From Botryllus schlosseri (Eukaryota): a DNA stretch of 64,000 nucleotides. Of the stretch, positions 1 through 13,770 are shown piece after piece. The stretch lies in assembly GCA_051294905.1 (NCBI GenBank), contig CM119371.1, positions 28,894,001-28,958,000 of the forward strand, in the 5' to 3' direction. A model generated the notes under the pieces. It was not told the DNA's origin. It did no database searches and saw nothing but the letters and a program-made list of their open reading frames with translations. Made by a program: the position numbers and the translations under genes. Numbering within the stretch: position 1 is the first letter of the stretch; every line of letters begins with the position of its first letter.

Positions 1-663
1 CTAAATTACAACACGTGCAGAATTGCATAAATCGCTCAACAAAAATTGAAAAAATGGTTGTTATGGATCGCAGAACATTCATTGTATCGGAACATTCATA
101 GTCAAATTAGGATTTGGATGCGAAATCTACAGAAAATGCTACCGTAGCATATTAAGTATGACGAGGCCTTGAGGAAGGTGAATGGGTGTCTCTAAGACAG
201 CATGCTCATTTTCTCGTAGACGATGAACTGTGTGACAGTTCATTTGAGTGTTAAATGACAATGGCATTATTATGAGTGTCAAATAATTCAAATCATGGTG
301 GGAATTATGGTGGTAATGCAAATTTTATCATTCCAGTGACGAACAATCCAAGATAGGCTACGATTATATTAGGTTGCTAGTTGGCCATTGGACTGGGTTG
401 TGGTGATGGCTTAGACTCGATTCAGGGATATATCGATATATAGATAAATAGCCTATATCAGCCTGTATCACCGGATTAGATTATGCAAATAGCACGTGTA
501 ATGTGACGCATGAAACAACGTTGTTACTTGATCTTCTGCGGTTAGTGCGACACTTCTCAATATGGCAATGCAATTCGCTATCACTGATTCGCTAATGTGT
601 GCAGCTGTACACTCTCGTTTTATGTAACATAATACTGTAAAACGGAATCAATCGTTAAATTAC

Positions 664-2258
664 CACGGTGCTCGTAAACTCGTTGCGTAGGAGGTCTAGA
701 TCATCTACCTCGGCAGCTTCTGGAGTTTGATTCCCATTCATTGCTTGCAGCGCCTCGGCTTAAATGCAAGATTCATCAATTCAGTTACCAAGCAGTTCTG
801 TATTCACAAAGTCTGTAAGAGTATAAGTCTGCGTTGCTACGCATGTAGAGTAGACGTAATAACGTTAATCCAATCTCAATTAGAAGTAGAGGTAGAGATA
901 TTCAATCGATGTCAACACTACTTCTAATGAAATTAGGGTTTGAAAGGTACTTTTGGAAATTGATTCGGTGGTGGGGTCGCACAATTTTGCCAGCAAATTA
1001 TCAGGTTCGCTACCTCAGAAATTGAAAGCGAAAGACGCGTTCGTCACGACTAACACAGAATGACAGATGATGCCACAAATAGATGCAGTGGTAAAGAAAC
1101 ATTTCCGAGGCATTTTCACCCCGTATTTTGACAATTTTATGACAATTACATTGATCACGAAGAAGTGAAAGTATAGTCTAAAACCATGTTGAGTACAGAG
1201 TAGAAGTAGGGAAAATATACTCAACTACTCAAGAAATACTTTTGTTGACCCATTTTTACTCAATGTCTCATCGGGTGGATGCTGGAAATTTATGGAAGGA
1301 CTCGAATTTCCCTTTTCACGATAAAATTTTCATATTATCAAGTTAGCTGTTTTTTCACGTTAGTCAAGGTCTCATACTACGATAAAATCACCTTCACACA
1401 CAGCCAAGGCCTCCTTCAGTAAACCGCGCACCCACTTCTCGTCATCCCGAAACAGGGTTATGTTTTCGGCGATTATCTCCTGTCAATGGAATCACATCGT
1501 GACGGTTAGTCAACACGAAACAAGCTGCGGCCATTCAATAATACAGAACGTTCCACGGCGGGAATGTTCCGTAAATTCAAACATAAAAGAATGTTACACT
1601 AATAACCGTAGAATAACGCATAAATTGAAAATGGGCCACACCATATTATTCTATTTATTGTGAGCTATCGCCGCCGTTCAAAGCGCATTCAACCAGAAAC
1701 CGGGACCTGACTATATATGTAGCAATGTAGCATATAGTTGTTCATTTTTATGCAATAATGTGTTTCTCAGCCAATCAACCAACCAATCAATCTACGAACG
1801 GAAGTATCAACACTATCAGGGCAATCAATTTATCGACCTAGCTCCTTTGAAATAAGGAAACGAAATAAAATTTGTCTTTTCTGTTGCTCATAATACGCCG
1901 ATTAGTGGTAATGAAGGTTTATGAAGACTATTATTAGTAATTTGCCGTGAATGTAAGCATGAAAAAAATGCGAACACCTATTTCTATACTGCCGTGAATG
2001 TAAGCATGGAAAAAATGCACACACCTATTTCTATACGAGGAACCGCATCAATCCCCCAAAACGGCCACGCGTTCGCTAGGCCGGCCTTCGGGTCAATAGG
2101 ACGAACATCAAAATACACGCGTACTCAAATTCTACTGCCGTGTGCAGTTCGTAATCACCATAGCCTCACCAGTTTCGCCATACACGCGGTTTTGCGTTTA
2201 TCTTCCTCACTTGCAGCTTCCCGATAAAGATTCCGGAATTCTTGCCCTGGCATGTGAT
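664..2258 (-). pseudogene. Unrecognised multi-exon gene, copy 1 (putative exons 2258-2170, 1479-1392, 812-664)
   Basis: AG/GT-bounded, phase-compatible segments read MPGQEFRNLYREAASEEDKRKTACMAKL | EIIAENITLFRDDEKWVRGLLKEALAVCE | DFVNTELLGN*IDESCI*AEALQAMNGNQTPEAAEVDDLDLLRNEFTSTV. Splice sites are retained in the paralogous copies. Confidence 0.55.
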
Positions 2259-2569
2259 CTACGGTTTAAATTAAAATGTACATTATCGAAACGATACCAA
2301 GAATTTGTCATTATGATGGCGGAGGTCATCATGATGGCGGAGATGAGCAAACAGGGATTTGGATTTCATGTAACGGTATACCGTATTTGAGAACTTTGAC
2401 ATGATTCGGACTTGCAGTTGTTTCGAAAGTTCATTTCGATTTATACAAAGATATGGGCAAAGAATCCATATGCTTCTACTCAACTCCAAGTTACAAATGT
2501 GCAGAGAGTACACATGGAGCATGCAGGCAAAGTCAACTTGAGCTCTGATATGTGACTTATGACTTAAAG

Positions 2570-3173
2570 CAGTGGTTCTCAACCTTTTTGGCTTCGCGGA
2601 CCCCTTTTCACCGTGACGGACCTTCGCGGACCCCCTAAAGTTTTAGTTCAAATTTAGCACAATTATGGTGGGACCGTCATCTGTCTTGTGCAAATATAAA
2701 CTGTAGGCTTGTGATAACAGCCACTAAATGACTTTTCTTGAAAATAACACCATACTATTTATGTAGAAATTGGGTAGACTTTTATTATTTTTTTGCTAAT
2801 TTTGCAGCGATATTTCTTGAAGTAAGCGGTGATATGAACGAGTGCCGAGAATCCCTTTCCACAAAGATGGATGGAGGCTAATGTATTAACCAGGAACGCT
2901 TCAGACGACACTTTTGGTGTGCTCACAACATTTATCGCACCATGATGAAGAAACATATATTTAATGAACATATCACGTCCAGCTTACTCATTTTAATCTA
3001 GCATTTCATCTTGAAGTTATTATGAAACAGTGTTTATGTTAGTAATATTATTATTACAACACACGACGTTGGTGCTTATAGCCTATTTTAGGGCTTTGTG
3101 CTCCACGACAGGATATATTTCACGCAGTTTATTTTATCTAGAGGTCTCGCGGACCCCCGGTTGAGAACCAAGG
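2570..3173 (+). mobile_element. Non-autonomous hAT (Buster/Charlie-type) element
   Basis: TIR cagtggttctcaacc...ggttgagaaccaagg; TSD acttaaag/acttatag; internally similar to 52488-53264. Confidence 0.85.
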
Positions 3174-6100
3174 ACTTATAGTGTGGTGCCGCCGTCAATC
3201 GTCAATGCCGTGTATAATATAGGACGTATAGGCATTAGATAAAAAAAAATCGGAATAGCGAACATCAGGTACCTGTTGCGTATCCATAGCGTGCATCGTT
3301 CATCATCCTTTTGCTATTGTGATGACAAGGCTTTAACAAACGATAAATCTAAATACTTCAGGAAACAGAATGTAGCAGCACGTAAAAGACAACAGGAAAC
3401 AGAATGTAGCAGCACGTAAAAGACAACAGATGACAATTGGTCACTTTTAGAATTTTATGACCCGCGTATACTGACACTATCTAACAAAATACAAGCGTAG
3501 GATAAAAATCAAGTTACTAATAGAAAACTGCCTCACAAGTGTGGATGCAGGTAGGCTACTACTAAGTATGTTTCGACGCGGCACTCTAGTTCCAATGAGC
3601 GCCGATTTAGCAGGCGTCGAATCCTGTCTGTTGCGGTAACTCTGCTCTATAGGGAAATCGGCAAACGTTGCGTATCTGTCTTCTATTCTACTCAATATAA
3701 TCAATCGATCCAAATGAACAGTAATGCGGTTTATCTTGGTCAAAAGAAGATGCTTCAAGCGAGACTCGCAATAGTGGTTGCCCGTCTCATGCTCGATAGA
3801 ATGGAGCTCGACCAGCAGTAACGCATGCAATTTATAGTACTAGCGAAAAGATAATTGAACACTGAACAGTAATCAAACAATCAAAATCACTAAAATCATA
3901 AAATCACAATAATTGGAAAACCCGAATACAAAATAAGGGCAGTTACATTGGCGAACTGATTGCTCTAAAAACGTCCTCAAATCAAGACTAGCAAATAACA
4001 TGCGCAATCGCTAACAACGCATGCGTCGAGGCCTACGCTTTCAAATGAACCTCACGCTTATATTTATCGTTCAACTCGCGAGGACGTTCCGCCATGAACC
4101 AAAACATTGCCAATGAAGGAGGAGTTGCCTATACGCAGCACACTCGAGAAGAAATCGTCTTGCAGCTGAATTATACCTTTCTCAATATTGATATGACAGA
4201 GGTTTTCGAAGCGATATATATACGACGCGTTGAGACAGTAAGCTTTGAAATCTCAGCTGGATGTGTGGTGAAAAGCTGGGGTGGGTTGCGAAACAATGAA
4301 CTCCATTCCATTCTTTGTCCGTTTAGCTTGAAATTCGTATCACGGCTAATCCCAGACATTCAATTCCAACTGTGAAAAAATAATTACCAGCTTAGATTAA
4401 TGCTGTGATAGCTGGGATGCTGTGCTTTACAAGGACTTATAAGAATATAGTGCAATCGACTATTATGAAACAAAATACCAGCGATGGGAAATAATTGTGA
4501 TCTTAAAATGACTAATACAACAGCGTAGTGGCCTAATTTCATGAACTCCAGGGGTATATTTTAGGTGTCGTATGGGCTACACGAATTTGACCGCGGCGGA
4601 TAAGTGGATTTGGTGATATACATAATTCGGAGTCTTTGTCATGACAATATCTCACAGTTCCTATGAGCTTAGCAACTGTGTTTGGCGGAAACTAATCATT
4701 AAACCATGAGCGACAGCAATTGCGAGGCCTTTCCCACGCCCATGGGTGCCGCTTGAAGAAGTGGTAAATTAGGTCGACATGTAATAGAATTAAGAAGTAC
4801 AGATTATGACGATGACATTGTCGCTGGTTCTGTTATTTTCTACTCGCTCATGACACACAATGTACAGTGCGATGTAATGGGCAGATGGGAGGACATCGAA
4901 ACGTTCAAATACGGTGTCTCGATCTGGAAAGACCGTCTGCCTAATGCCCGATGTATCGCTCTTTTTCATTATCTTCCGTGAATTCCTCCTCGGCTGGGTC
5001 TTTTTCTGTGCATTTCTGTAAGAAACTGTGAGCATAGTTAGGCAGGGGAAGGCCACCAACTCGCCCACGTATTATAGCATTTGGGAAGGTGAAAACTCGC
5101 CGCTTAGGGTTATCGAAGTGCCAGGGGCCACTGGGCCGTGAACTATTTCGCTCTTTGAGAGGGTCCCGCGAGGTCAAGAAGGTTGAGAACCACTGATTTA
5201 GCCTCAAATGCCATATGTTCTGATAAGAATTAATGGAGTGCATTCCGTTTAAATAGGTTAGGGCGCATGTATCAAGTTTTCCACATTTTTATCAAATCTT
5301 TTCAATTGTAAATTGAAACGCAGCTTCTCGAGTACGTAGTGAAGATTGGTCACACGCAATTTTTAATTCGCATCTGCAACATGTCAAGGAGCTCCCACCA
5401 CGATGAGCTTTGACCATTTTGTCATTCTAATTGAAATACACGTAGTTCGGACTAAGTTAAATGAAATAGTTTGAATCGGGGGTTTATAGCCTGTGCCCCC
5501 GGGAAACCCAGGGGGCCCATGTGCCAGTCTAGGGGGTTGCTAGGAAGTAAAGACGCACTTTGAACTCTGTAACGTGTATTTTTCCTGGAAGGCTAAACTC
5601 TGTAACGTGTATTTTTCCTGGAAGGCGAAATCATACAGTCCTCATGATTTCTATTTACCCGGCATTTCAATCTTTATAGTTGACGCTGGGACTGATCTGA
5701 TACCTTATTTGCCGGTTTCGCATCCCTCAAACGTACTTTTTAATTTTATTTAATGAACTAAAATTCAGAAATTAGCCGCCGATAACATTCGGTTAATTTG
5801 ATTTCTTGTAATACTAATTGGTATGTAATTTTTGTCCCCTCGACCCCTAAAGAATTAGGAAACGACCCCATTGCGGTCGCGGCTCCTAGTTTGTGAACTC
5901 CTGATTTACACTCTGCAATTCTGCCATTGAAATGAAAAAAATTGGCGATTGCATGTGTACTTTCCTCACAATCCTGAAGCCGAATGCCCCTACATAAAAT
6001 TCAAAATCCACCCTAAGTGGACAGTGATGCCTTTATCGCTGGATAGTACCACTTTTATGCACGCAGCTTCACATATATACGGAGTAATGATTGTTGCTGC

Positions 6101-8370
6101 ATATAGCTGACGATGATGAGAATGAAATATATGAAGCTTACCATGGCCTGAACCGTAATCGACACCTTACGTCACTGTGCTCATCGCGCAAAGGAAGGTA
6201 ATGAAAAGAGCGAGAATGCCTAAAAAGAGGAACATGATGATCGAACACTGGCATTAGGCATACCAAATCGATGGCGCGGATTTTCAAAACATGATCACGT
6301 ATTTCAAGAAATGCAGCTACAGAAATCGCTTTCAAACAATGAAAGTCTACCCAATTTCTACATAGATAAACTGATGTTATTTTCAAGAAAATACATTTTG
6401 TTGCTGTTTATCGCTAAGCCAACAGTTAATATTTGGGCAGTCCGCGGGGGTCCGTGATGGCTAAAAAGGGGTGCACGAAGACAAAAAAGGTTAAGAACCA
6501 CTGCTGTACACAATAACTATAGCGACGATATATGCCACATTATGTCACATTGCGGAAGTACACATGACTTTTTGAACGTCATCAAACCTAATGTATCAAC
6601 TGGAGCAATCAAATGCTGTACGATAATCCCCCCAAATCTATATTTTTCGTCGCCTTGTCAACAATTTCGACGAGCACTTAACGGTCCAGGCCAGACCGGA
6701 CAATGTATTCGGCGTGTGAGTATTGCTACATTGATATTGAGCGGAGTGTAGAACGGACGGTCTACGCCAGCCCGGACAATGTATTCGGGGTGTGAGTATT
6801 GCTACATTGATATTGAGCGGAGTGTAGAACGGGTTTCTATACTTGCTACTGATATTACCCCATGATCAAGTTGTACAGTAGCCAACACTCCAATCGCACG
6901 GATTTGGTTTTTATGATACAAACATATTGAATCAAGATGAATCCCGAGAGCCTGCTAGATTTTTTACATTTAGTCAGCGATGTATGCTTTATATCAATTG
7001 CGTTGATTGGTTGAATAAGCATCATTCGCTGACTACTTGCATATTGTGTAATCCGTTCTTGATGTTGTGTGATTGTGGGTCAAGCTCACAGCAGAGAGTC
7101 ACTGAATATTCACAATCGGAAAGCTGATTATTTCGACCAGAATGTCGTGACAAAGCAAGTAAATTCTTGAGATTGGCAAGGTGCATGTCGCTCTCTTTCA
7201 GTGTTGAAATTTTTTATGCTGCCGGCAGCATGCATAGAGTGGTCCGAAGCTGAAATGCGAAGAATTTCAACCAAAGATGGTATGACCTGAAAATTGCAAT
7301 CTATCAAGACGGACGTCGCATCACAAATCATATATATATGAAAATGATCGAACTCGGTGGACTGTACAATGTTCTATACCATTAACATCATAAATCCGAT
7401 TAATATATGTGCACAGCCCATCATCATCCCGCAGCACTGCAAAGCGTTCGAGTAAAGCCTTGAGACTGCCCCCGGCTCGACTCAGAAAACGCGCACTAGA
7501 CTGCCAAATTCTCAGCTCGTCAGCTACCGCACATAGTCTCTGAATACCGAACAGCTCGAAGTCGAGCTGAATAGAATGCGAAGTATGACTCCAGCCCTGC
7601 TCAAACTCACTGAGTTGCGCTCTCTGAATACCGACGCCTTGCTAAACACCTCGCTACGCAGAACATGAGCAGTGAGCACCTCCGCAATCAACAGGCAATC
7701 ATAATACTCCCTGCGCTATTATTAATTATCTCCTACGTGGTCACTGGTCGGTCAACCCTTACGGGAATGCGCTGCCAAAGCAGTGCTTTCATTTCTGGGT
7801 TTATTGTCTCGAGCAGCTGTATTAACAACAGTTGGGGGAAGACTGGTCTTCAACACGAAACAATGTCCATGCGCGATTCGCTTTAGTCAGTTGGGATTGT
7901 TGTCACCCGTTATTCACTGCGTTTCGTTTCAGGAGGATAGGGGCAGCACGTGATTTCCGCGATTGAGATGTTTCATACGTCTACTCTATACAGTCCCGAG
8001 TTTTCATTTGTCTGCTATCCAGGTGCTGGTATAATTAGGAAATTTTCGATCACATCATGGATAAACATGCTCAATGCTGCGGCAGCCGAACGGAAAGTAC
8101 GCAAGTTGACTTCTGCAACAAAGGTATAATCAGTGGCTAAGCTGATGCCTTTACAAACAAGACGATAGTTGTTTTGTTCACCTGTGACAAGCAGATGTCC
8201 ACATTGTAGTGTATAGCATAATCATGACCATTGACTATCCGGATATTGGGATATAATATGACTTTACGCACATCAAAGCAAGCAGCGAGAACGGTTATCC
8301 GTTGGTTTTCTGTAGAATATAGGCTACACTTATGCAATGTAAATATAGGCATATCCGGAACTTCTGTTCA

Positions 8371-8955
8371 ACGCCACAATCACCTAATCATTATGACTTA
8401 CAGCCACGGCACCCGAGAATTCGCTATCCACCTACAGCTTGGATGAGTGTTCGCTGGCGGCACCCGAGAATTCGCTATCCACGCCACAATCACCTAATCA
8501 TTATGACTTACAGCCACGGCACCCGAGAATTCGCTATCCACCTACAGTTTGGATGAGTATTCGCTATCCACCTACAGCTTGGATAAGGATGAGTATTCGC
8601 TATCCACCTACAGCTTGGATGAGTATTCGCTATCCCCCTACAGCTTGGATAAGGATGAGTATTCGCTATCCACCTACAGCTTGGATAAGAGTTCGCTATC
8701 CACCTACAGCTTGGATGAGAGTTCGCTCGCGGCACCCGAGTATTCGCTATCCACCTACACCTACAGCTTGGATGAGAATTCTCTATCCACCTACAGCTTG
8801 GATGAGAGTTCGCTATCCACCTACAGCTTGGATGAGAATTCGCTATCCACCTGCAGCTTGGATGAAATTCGCTACAGCTTGGATGACAATTCGCTACAGC
8901 TTGGATGACAATTCGCTATCTACCTATACAGTTTGGACGAGAATTCGCTATCTAG
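8371..8955 (+). repeat. 30-bp minisatellite (gagtattcgctatccacctacagcttggat) with variant units
   Basis: About 15 degenerate copies visible; translates as (MSIRYPPTAW)n or (DEYSLSTYSL)n; preceded by a duplicated block at 8371 and 8481. Confidence 0.9.
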
Positions 8956-11094
8956 CTAGTCTCAACGAAGAAACTAAAAGCCTGGCGGATTTGAACAAGG
9001 CGATTGAGGAGAGCGCTGAAACTGAAAGGTTTGACAATGGAGTTATCCGGTATCGCTGTGACCGTTACCTGGCATTGCTGCGAGAAGACGTGCGATAGAA
9101 CAAGGATGTTTTCAATAGTTCTTATTGAAATCAAATTTTACGAGATGCATAGGTGCCTCGCTGTGGTAACAAGTTTAAATTGAGGGATTTTGACATTCAC
9201 TACTCGCATATATCAGTCCATTGGCAAGGTACTACAGAAGTAGGCCTACTGGTTTCCTATCGATATTTACGGAGCCAATTTAGCCATAGCGCACATTTAC
9301 ATTCGTGTATTTAACATGTCATTTAATATTTGTGTATTCATTTTTCTAGAATTCAGTTGCCGATAGATAACCGACGGTTCATGCCGAGTTTTTATCATTA
9401 TCATAATTGGTATCGTACCATTATCATAATTGGTATCGCACCATTATCATAATTGGTATATTTCATCATCATATTAAAATAGACCTGGCACCAATCAATT
9501 CATTTTTAAGTTGCATTTTCCTCTCAGCACTGCTGGTTCACCAAGCGACGAGGGCAGGGCACCCTCTGTGTCATTCCGTTAGACCTGGCCTGGTTGAGGA
9601 TACAATGAATACATATACCTCAGATTCGTTGACAAAGTTATGGTTTGGAAACTACATACCAGACAGGGTGCGATCAGAATGATCTCCACACCACTCCGTA
9701 TTGAAATGCAACCCGTAACTGCCTACAGAGGGGATGCGTCCAGTCTGGCTACAAATCTGGTGTATGTAGCTTACAATTAATTAATTAATTAACCGATCTA
9801 TACACATTGGGGTTTGATGATCGCTCTAGCATGCATCCCGGTGGTGTTCGTGACTATAACCGAAATCTTTAAAAATGAATGCAACCAAAATCGCAGATGG
9901 TTACACGACTAGAGCACGTTCGTCGGTAGCATCCATCTCATTTCGAATGTGAAAATTAAGCTAGGCAATTGTTGTGATACTTTCTTTTTCGCAAAGCAAC
10001 TGCTGTGATACCTTTCTTTTTCGCAGACTTACACCGGCTACGTATAACGCCTGCAACAGCCAGAACGCCCATTTGTCACAAAAAAGCGGCTAGGATAGCC
10101 AAGGCAGCGGAAATGGCAATGAGGATGGAGGAGTCAATTGCGACTTGCCGAAATGGAAACGCATCACCGAGAAAGAGCACACCTCTTGACTGAGTTATGC
10201 AATTCGAAGAGAGCGCAGTTGATCTTTTCCTCCGAGCATAAAAAGTGACACAAGTCGAAAAGCGAACCACCCTTCAATAGCCGACTACATTTTCGAGCGC
10301 GCAATGGTAAGATTTACTACATTCGTTTCATTTTTCGCATTTTTCTTTGAGACAAATAGGACTCCCAATAAGCTGCAGTGATGATCATTACAATAAGGGT
10401 GTGCGAAGTCATCTGCGACCTTGTGGTCAAATGTTATAACGAGGCGTCGCGACGCTACTCCATGATATTCCGGTATGGCTGAGCTATTTAATTTGCCATG
10501 ACATACGCGTGTTCTTGTCTTGGTGTTTGATTAACGCTGGTAGTCGAGTTGTGGGAAGACTTGTGAAGCCATCGTAGCTCAGGTTGTCGGGATGTGTCCG
10601 GTCGCGAGAAATTGAAACCAGTTTGGGACGACCAAGTCACATTGACTTAATTTTTGACCCGAGTCACGTTTTAGTCTCGAGACTAAGAGCAAAATTTTCG
10701 AGTTAATCTCAAGTCACCCAGTAATCAGAGTCAACTAAATCAATGAAGTCTTGTATATGTTCGCATTGTTCGCCATACGCTGGCGTGACTGATTTTGCGT
10801 TTTACCTCATTATTACATATCACAAATAAATTGACCGAAAACGCATTGATCAGAGACTAGAGAGAGCCCATGTAACAAACTTTTAAACTAGTAACGTAAT
10901 ATTGCATAGCAATATTTCATAGCAGGGGTTATAGATAGTTGCGAGTTCAAAAAATTGAGCATTCGAAAAATTGAGCAGTCTTAGTTTTAGTTGCGAATTT
11001 TTCAAGTTGCGAAGTTTAAAAAATGAGTAGGGCCTAGTTCTAGTTGCATTTTTCGAAAATCCAGTAGTTTTCAAAAATCCAGTAGATTGTGCAG

Positions 11095-11860
11095 TAGGGT
11101 TGTCCAAAATTTGGAAAATCTCAAAAAGTCTTCGTGATTGTGTCTCATTCTATAGATTATTGATAAAAAACAACAATTAGCCTGAAAGAAGCTTACAGGA
11201 AAGCCGTTAAGATTTCGGTCAAAGCGTTTGAAAGTAGCTGCTCAAGAATGGGCGTGCAACTGACCATAGAACGGCGTGCAACTGACCATAGAACGGCAAG
11301 AAGACTAGTAATCAAATAACCATGGCAGCAGCAGCTTGCTGATCAGGTGTCCAAGAAGTCTGCTACCGGCGGGGATTCTGAGTGCGCATTGTTAGTAGTA
11401 GTAGTTTGGCAGGTGATGATTTAAGATTAATTCAGGACATGTTGAGGTACGAAATCCATGATGAACAAACAACACCTGCTTCACAGAAGCTTTTACAGCA
11501 TGACTGCTTCATTGTGAAGGAAACGGCTGAAGCCTACATGTCGTGTTTTCATCGAGAGAAAGCAAAGGCGCTTATGCAAGTGTTGAGCGAATTCACCGTT
11601 TTAGTACGGATCCACCATCAGTGAATACAAATGTATAAAGCTTAACAATGACACTATACTTTGTGTGATCTTATTGGATCCAAGTTGTAGTATATAGTGA
11701 AGTATTGAAGGTTCTAGGGATCGACTGAATCGGCCGGTTATGCTTGGCAGTTATACTTACAGCAAATTGCATTCACTTATAAGAGTTGTCAAAGTCCTTA
11801 ATGATACTGCAGAATAGAGGTTCAAGGTAAGCACAGGCTATGTTGGATATGATATCCAAA
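11095..11860 (+). mobile_element. Decayed divergent-hAT (hATm-like) DNA transposon fragment
   Basis: A TAGGGTTGTCC-type end lies at ~11095. Peptide remnants DDLRLIQDMLRY...KLLQH and VKVLNDTAE*R...STGY resemble the NDL..L..Y...KL..H and VVND.AERGVK motifs of this group (recalled, not searched). 11135-11320 recurs at ~33070-33235. Confidence 0.5.
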
Positions 11861-12302
11861 CTATGCTTGATGCTATATGCAGCATAGTCTGTGCTTTTCT
11901 TTACACCTCTTTTCTGCGGGATCAATAAGGACTTTGACATACCATATCCAGCACAGCCTGTGCGAGTGTGCGTACATTACCACCTCTTTTCTGCGTTATT
12001 ATTAAGGACTTCAACAACGCCTACAAGTGCATTCAATTTGTTGTACGCATCTGATAAGGGCCAAGCATAACCGGGTGATTCCGCCGATCAATAGAGCATT
12101 TAAAACGTCACCTATACTACAGCTTCAGCCCAATAACATCACACAACGTATAGTGTCATTGTTAAGCTTTATATATTTGTATTCACTGATGGTGGATCCG
12201 TACTGAAACGGTGAATTCGCTCAACACTTGCATAAGCGCCTTTGCTTTCTCTCGATGAAAACACGACATGTAGGCTTCAGCCGTTTCCTTCACAATGAAG
12301 CA
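11505..12302. repeat. Long inverted repeat (~350-bp arms) derived from a transposase remnant
   Basis: 11505-~11668 is the reverse complement of ~12140-12302 with about 3 mismatches. The inner arms (to ~11855 and from ~11940) are still alignable but clearly more diverged. Confidence 0.9.
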
Positions 12303-12505
12303 ATCTAATGGAAAAGTCTATATTATGTATATATAAGCAACACAATGCAATGTGTGATCTCACAACGCAATGTGTGACCTTATAGGTCAATGACTGTAAT
12401 GTTATGTAAGCTAACCTTACAGCTTGCCTTCGTTCAATCAGAAATTGCCTTACTTTCTTAGTGCTTAATTGCTTCACCGCCTAAATTGGCACTTTTTATT
12501 TAAAG

Positions 12506-13194
12506 CAGGGCCGGCCAACCCGTGGCCCGCGCGGTCATTTCCGAAATTTCTAATATCATCAAAAATGGATTGCACAGATTGTGAACTTGCAATGCCAACC
12601 AAAAATTTGATTGGTCAGGCCGCAACACTTGAGATGTGATGACTAAAATATCAGTTCCGACGCCATCAGCCTTTTACATATTGGTATATCTTCATTCACT
12701 ACAATAAAGCAGAATAATTTTCGGTAGATTTATCGAAGGTTAAAATTTTCTACAAGCTAGGCGCAACATTTTGTCACTCGATTTCTTGTTTTTAATATTG
12801 TTGCCCTTTTGTGAAAATGCCCTTTTGTGAAAATGGAAGAACACCTAATGTATCAAATTGAGTCTAACTATATTCGCGATTACGAGACAAAGTGTCGTTC
12901 AACATATGCGACATTGCATTTGCGCTCGCAGTAGGACCGTCGACTATGAAACCTAGGCACGAAATGATTGACGCATGTTGGTCGCATCTTTCGATATCGG
13001 TATGTCCAAGCGCCGAATAGCCCAGTCCTCGCAAACTTGGCCCAACGATATACAGCAGGCCCGCTATATAGTCGAGTGACAAGATTATTGACCTATGAAC
13101 TTGAAAAAATTTTCGCGCTTAGCGCGGCTAGTGGCCCGCGCAATCATTCATCGATCGAATGTGGCCCGTTGGCTGAAAAGGTTGGCCAGCCCTG
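12506..13194. mobile_element. Non-autonomous hAT element
   Basis: TIR cagggccggccaacc...ggttggccagccctg; perfect TSD atttaaag. Confidence 0.9.
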
Positions 13195-13516
13195 ATTTAA
13201 AGTATACAACAATATGACTTTATAACTCAAATATGACCTAACCAGGAAAATATGACTTTATATGACTTTATAACTTTCTTAATACACCCCATAGGGCCGT
13301 GGTTTTCGCGTTAAAAATGATTTCACGACTTACTAATGCATAGAAAAAAATATCACTTTAATGACTTTAAATGGCCCTAGTTATTACTCTGTCACATTAC
13401 ACAACATTTTTAGCCCAAACCAAAGTTATATTCGAAAACTTGACCTTCGAGACTCTGGAATTTTTTTGGTACTTATTTTGGTACTTAGTGTCACTACCTC
13501 AAAATATTAATCGCAG

Positions 13517-13770
13517 ATATGGAAAGTTATCGGTGTCAGCTATGTGATGTGCAGTTCTCGCGAAGACATCGATTTGATGCGCATATGGCTATCCAACTAC
13601 GGGGATGAAGCAAAGCAATGCCGCCGGGTCTGTGCAAAAGAGTTCAACCGGAAATCCAATCTATCCGGACATATAGCGACGCATTACAACTTGAAGACGC
13701 ATCGATGTTGGATTTGAGACCGGGCATTTATGAGAGGGAGCGATCTGAACCGACACATCACACAATGAAC
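13517..13770 (+). pseudogene. C2H2 zinc-finger pseudo-exon (about 3 fingers), absent from the ORF track
   Basis: tcgcag|at ATG gives MESYRCQLCDVQFSRRHRFDAHMAI. After a frameshift it reads YGDEAKQCRRVCAKEFNRKSNLSGHIATHYNLKTHRCWI*DRAFMRGSDLNRHIT. Confidence 0.8.

Noticed and set aside
7480..8350. Possible Harbinger/PIF transposase remnant (ctctgaataccg ends; VLAACFDVRKVILYP...HYNVDIC on minus)
   Set aside because: Resemblance too weak to call by eye; needs BLASTX.
8371..8955. CRISPR-like appearance of ~30-bp repeats
   Set aside because: Units are head-to-tail without unique spacers, there are no cas genes, and the context is eukaryotic.
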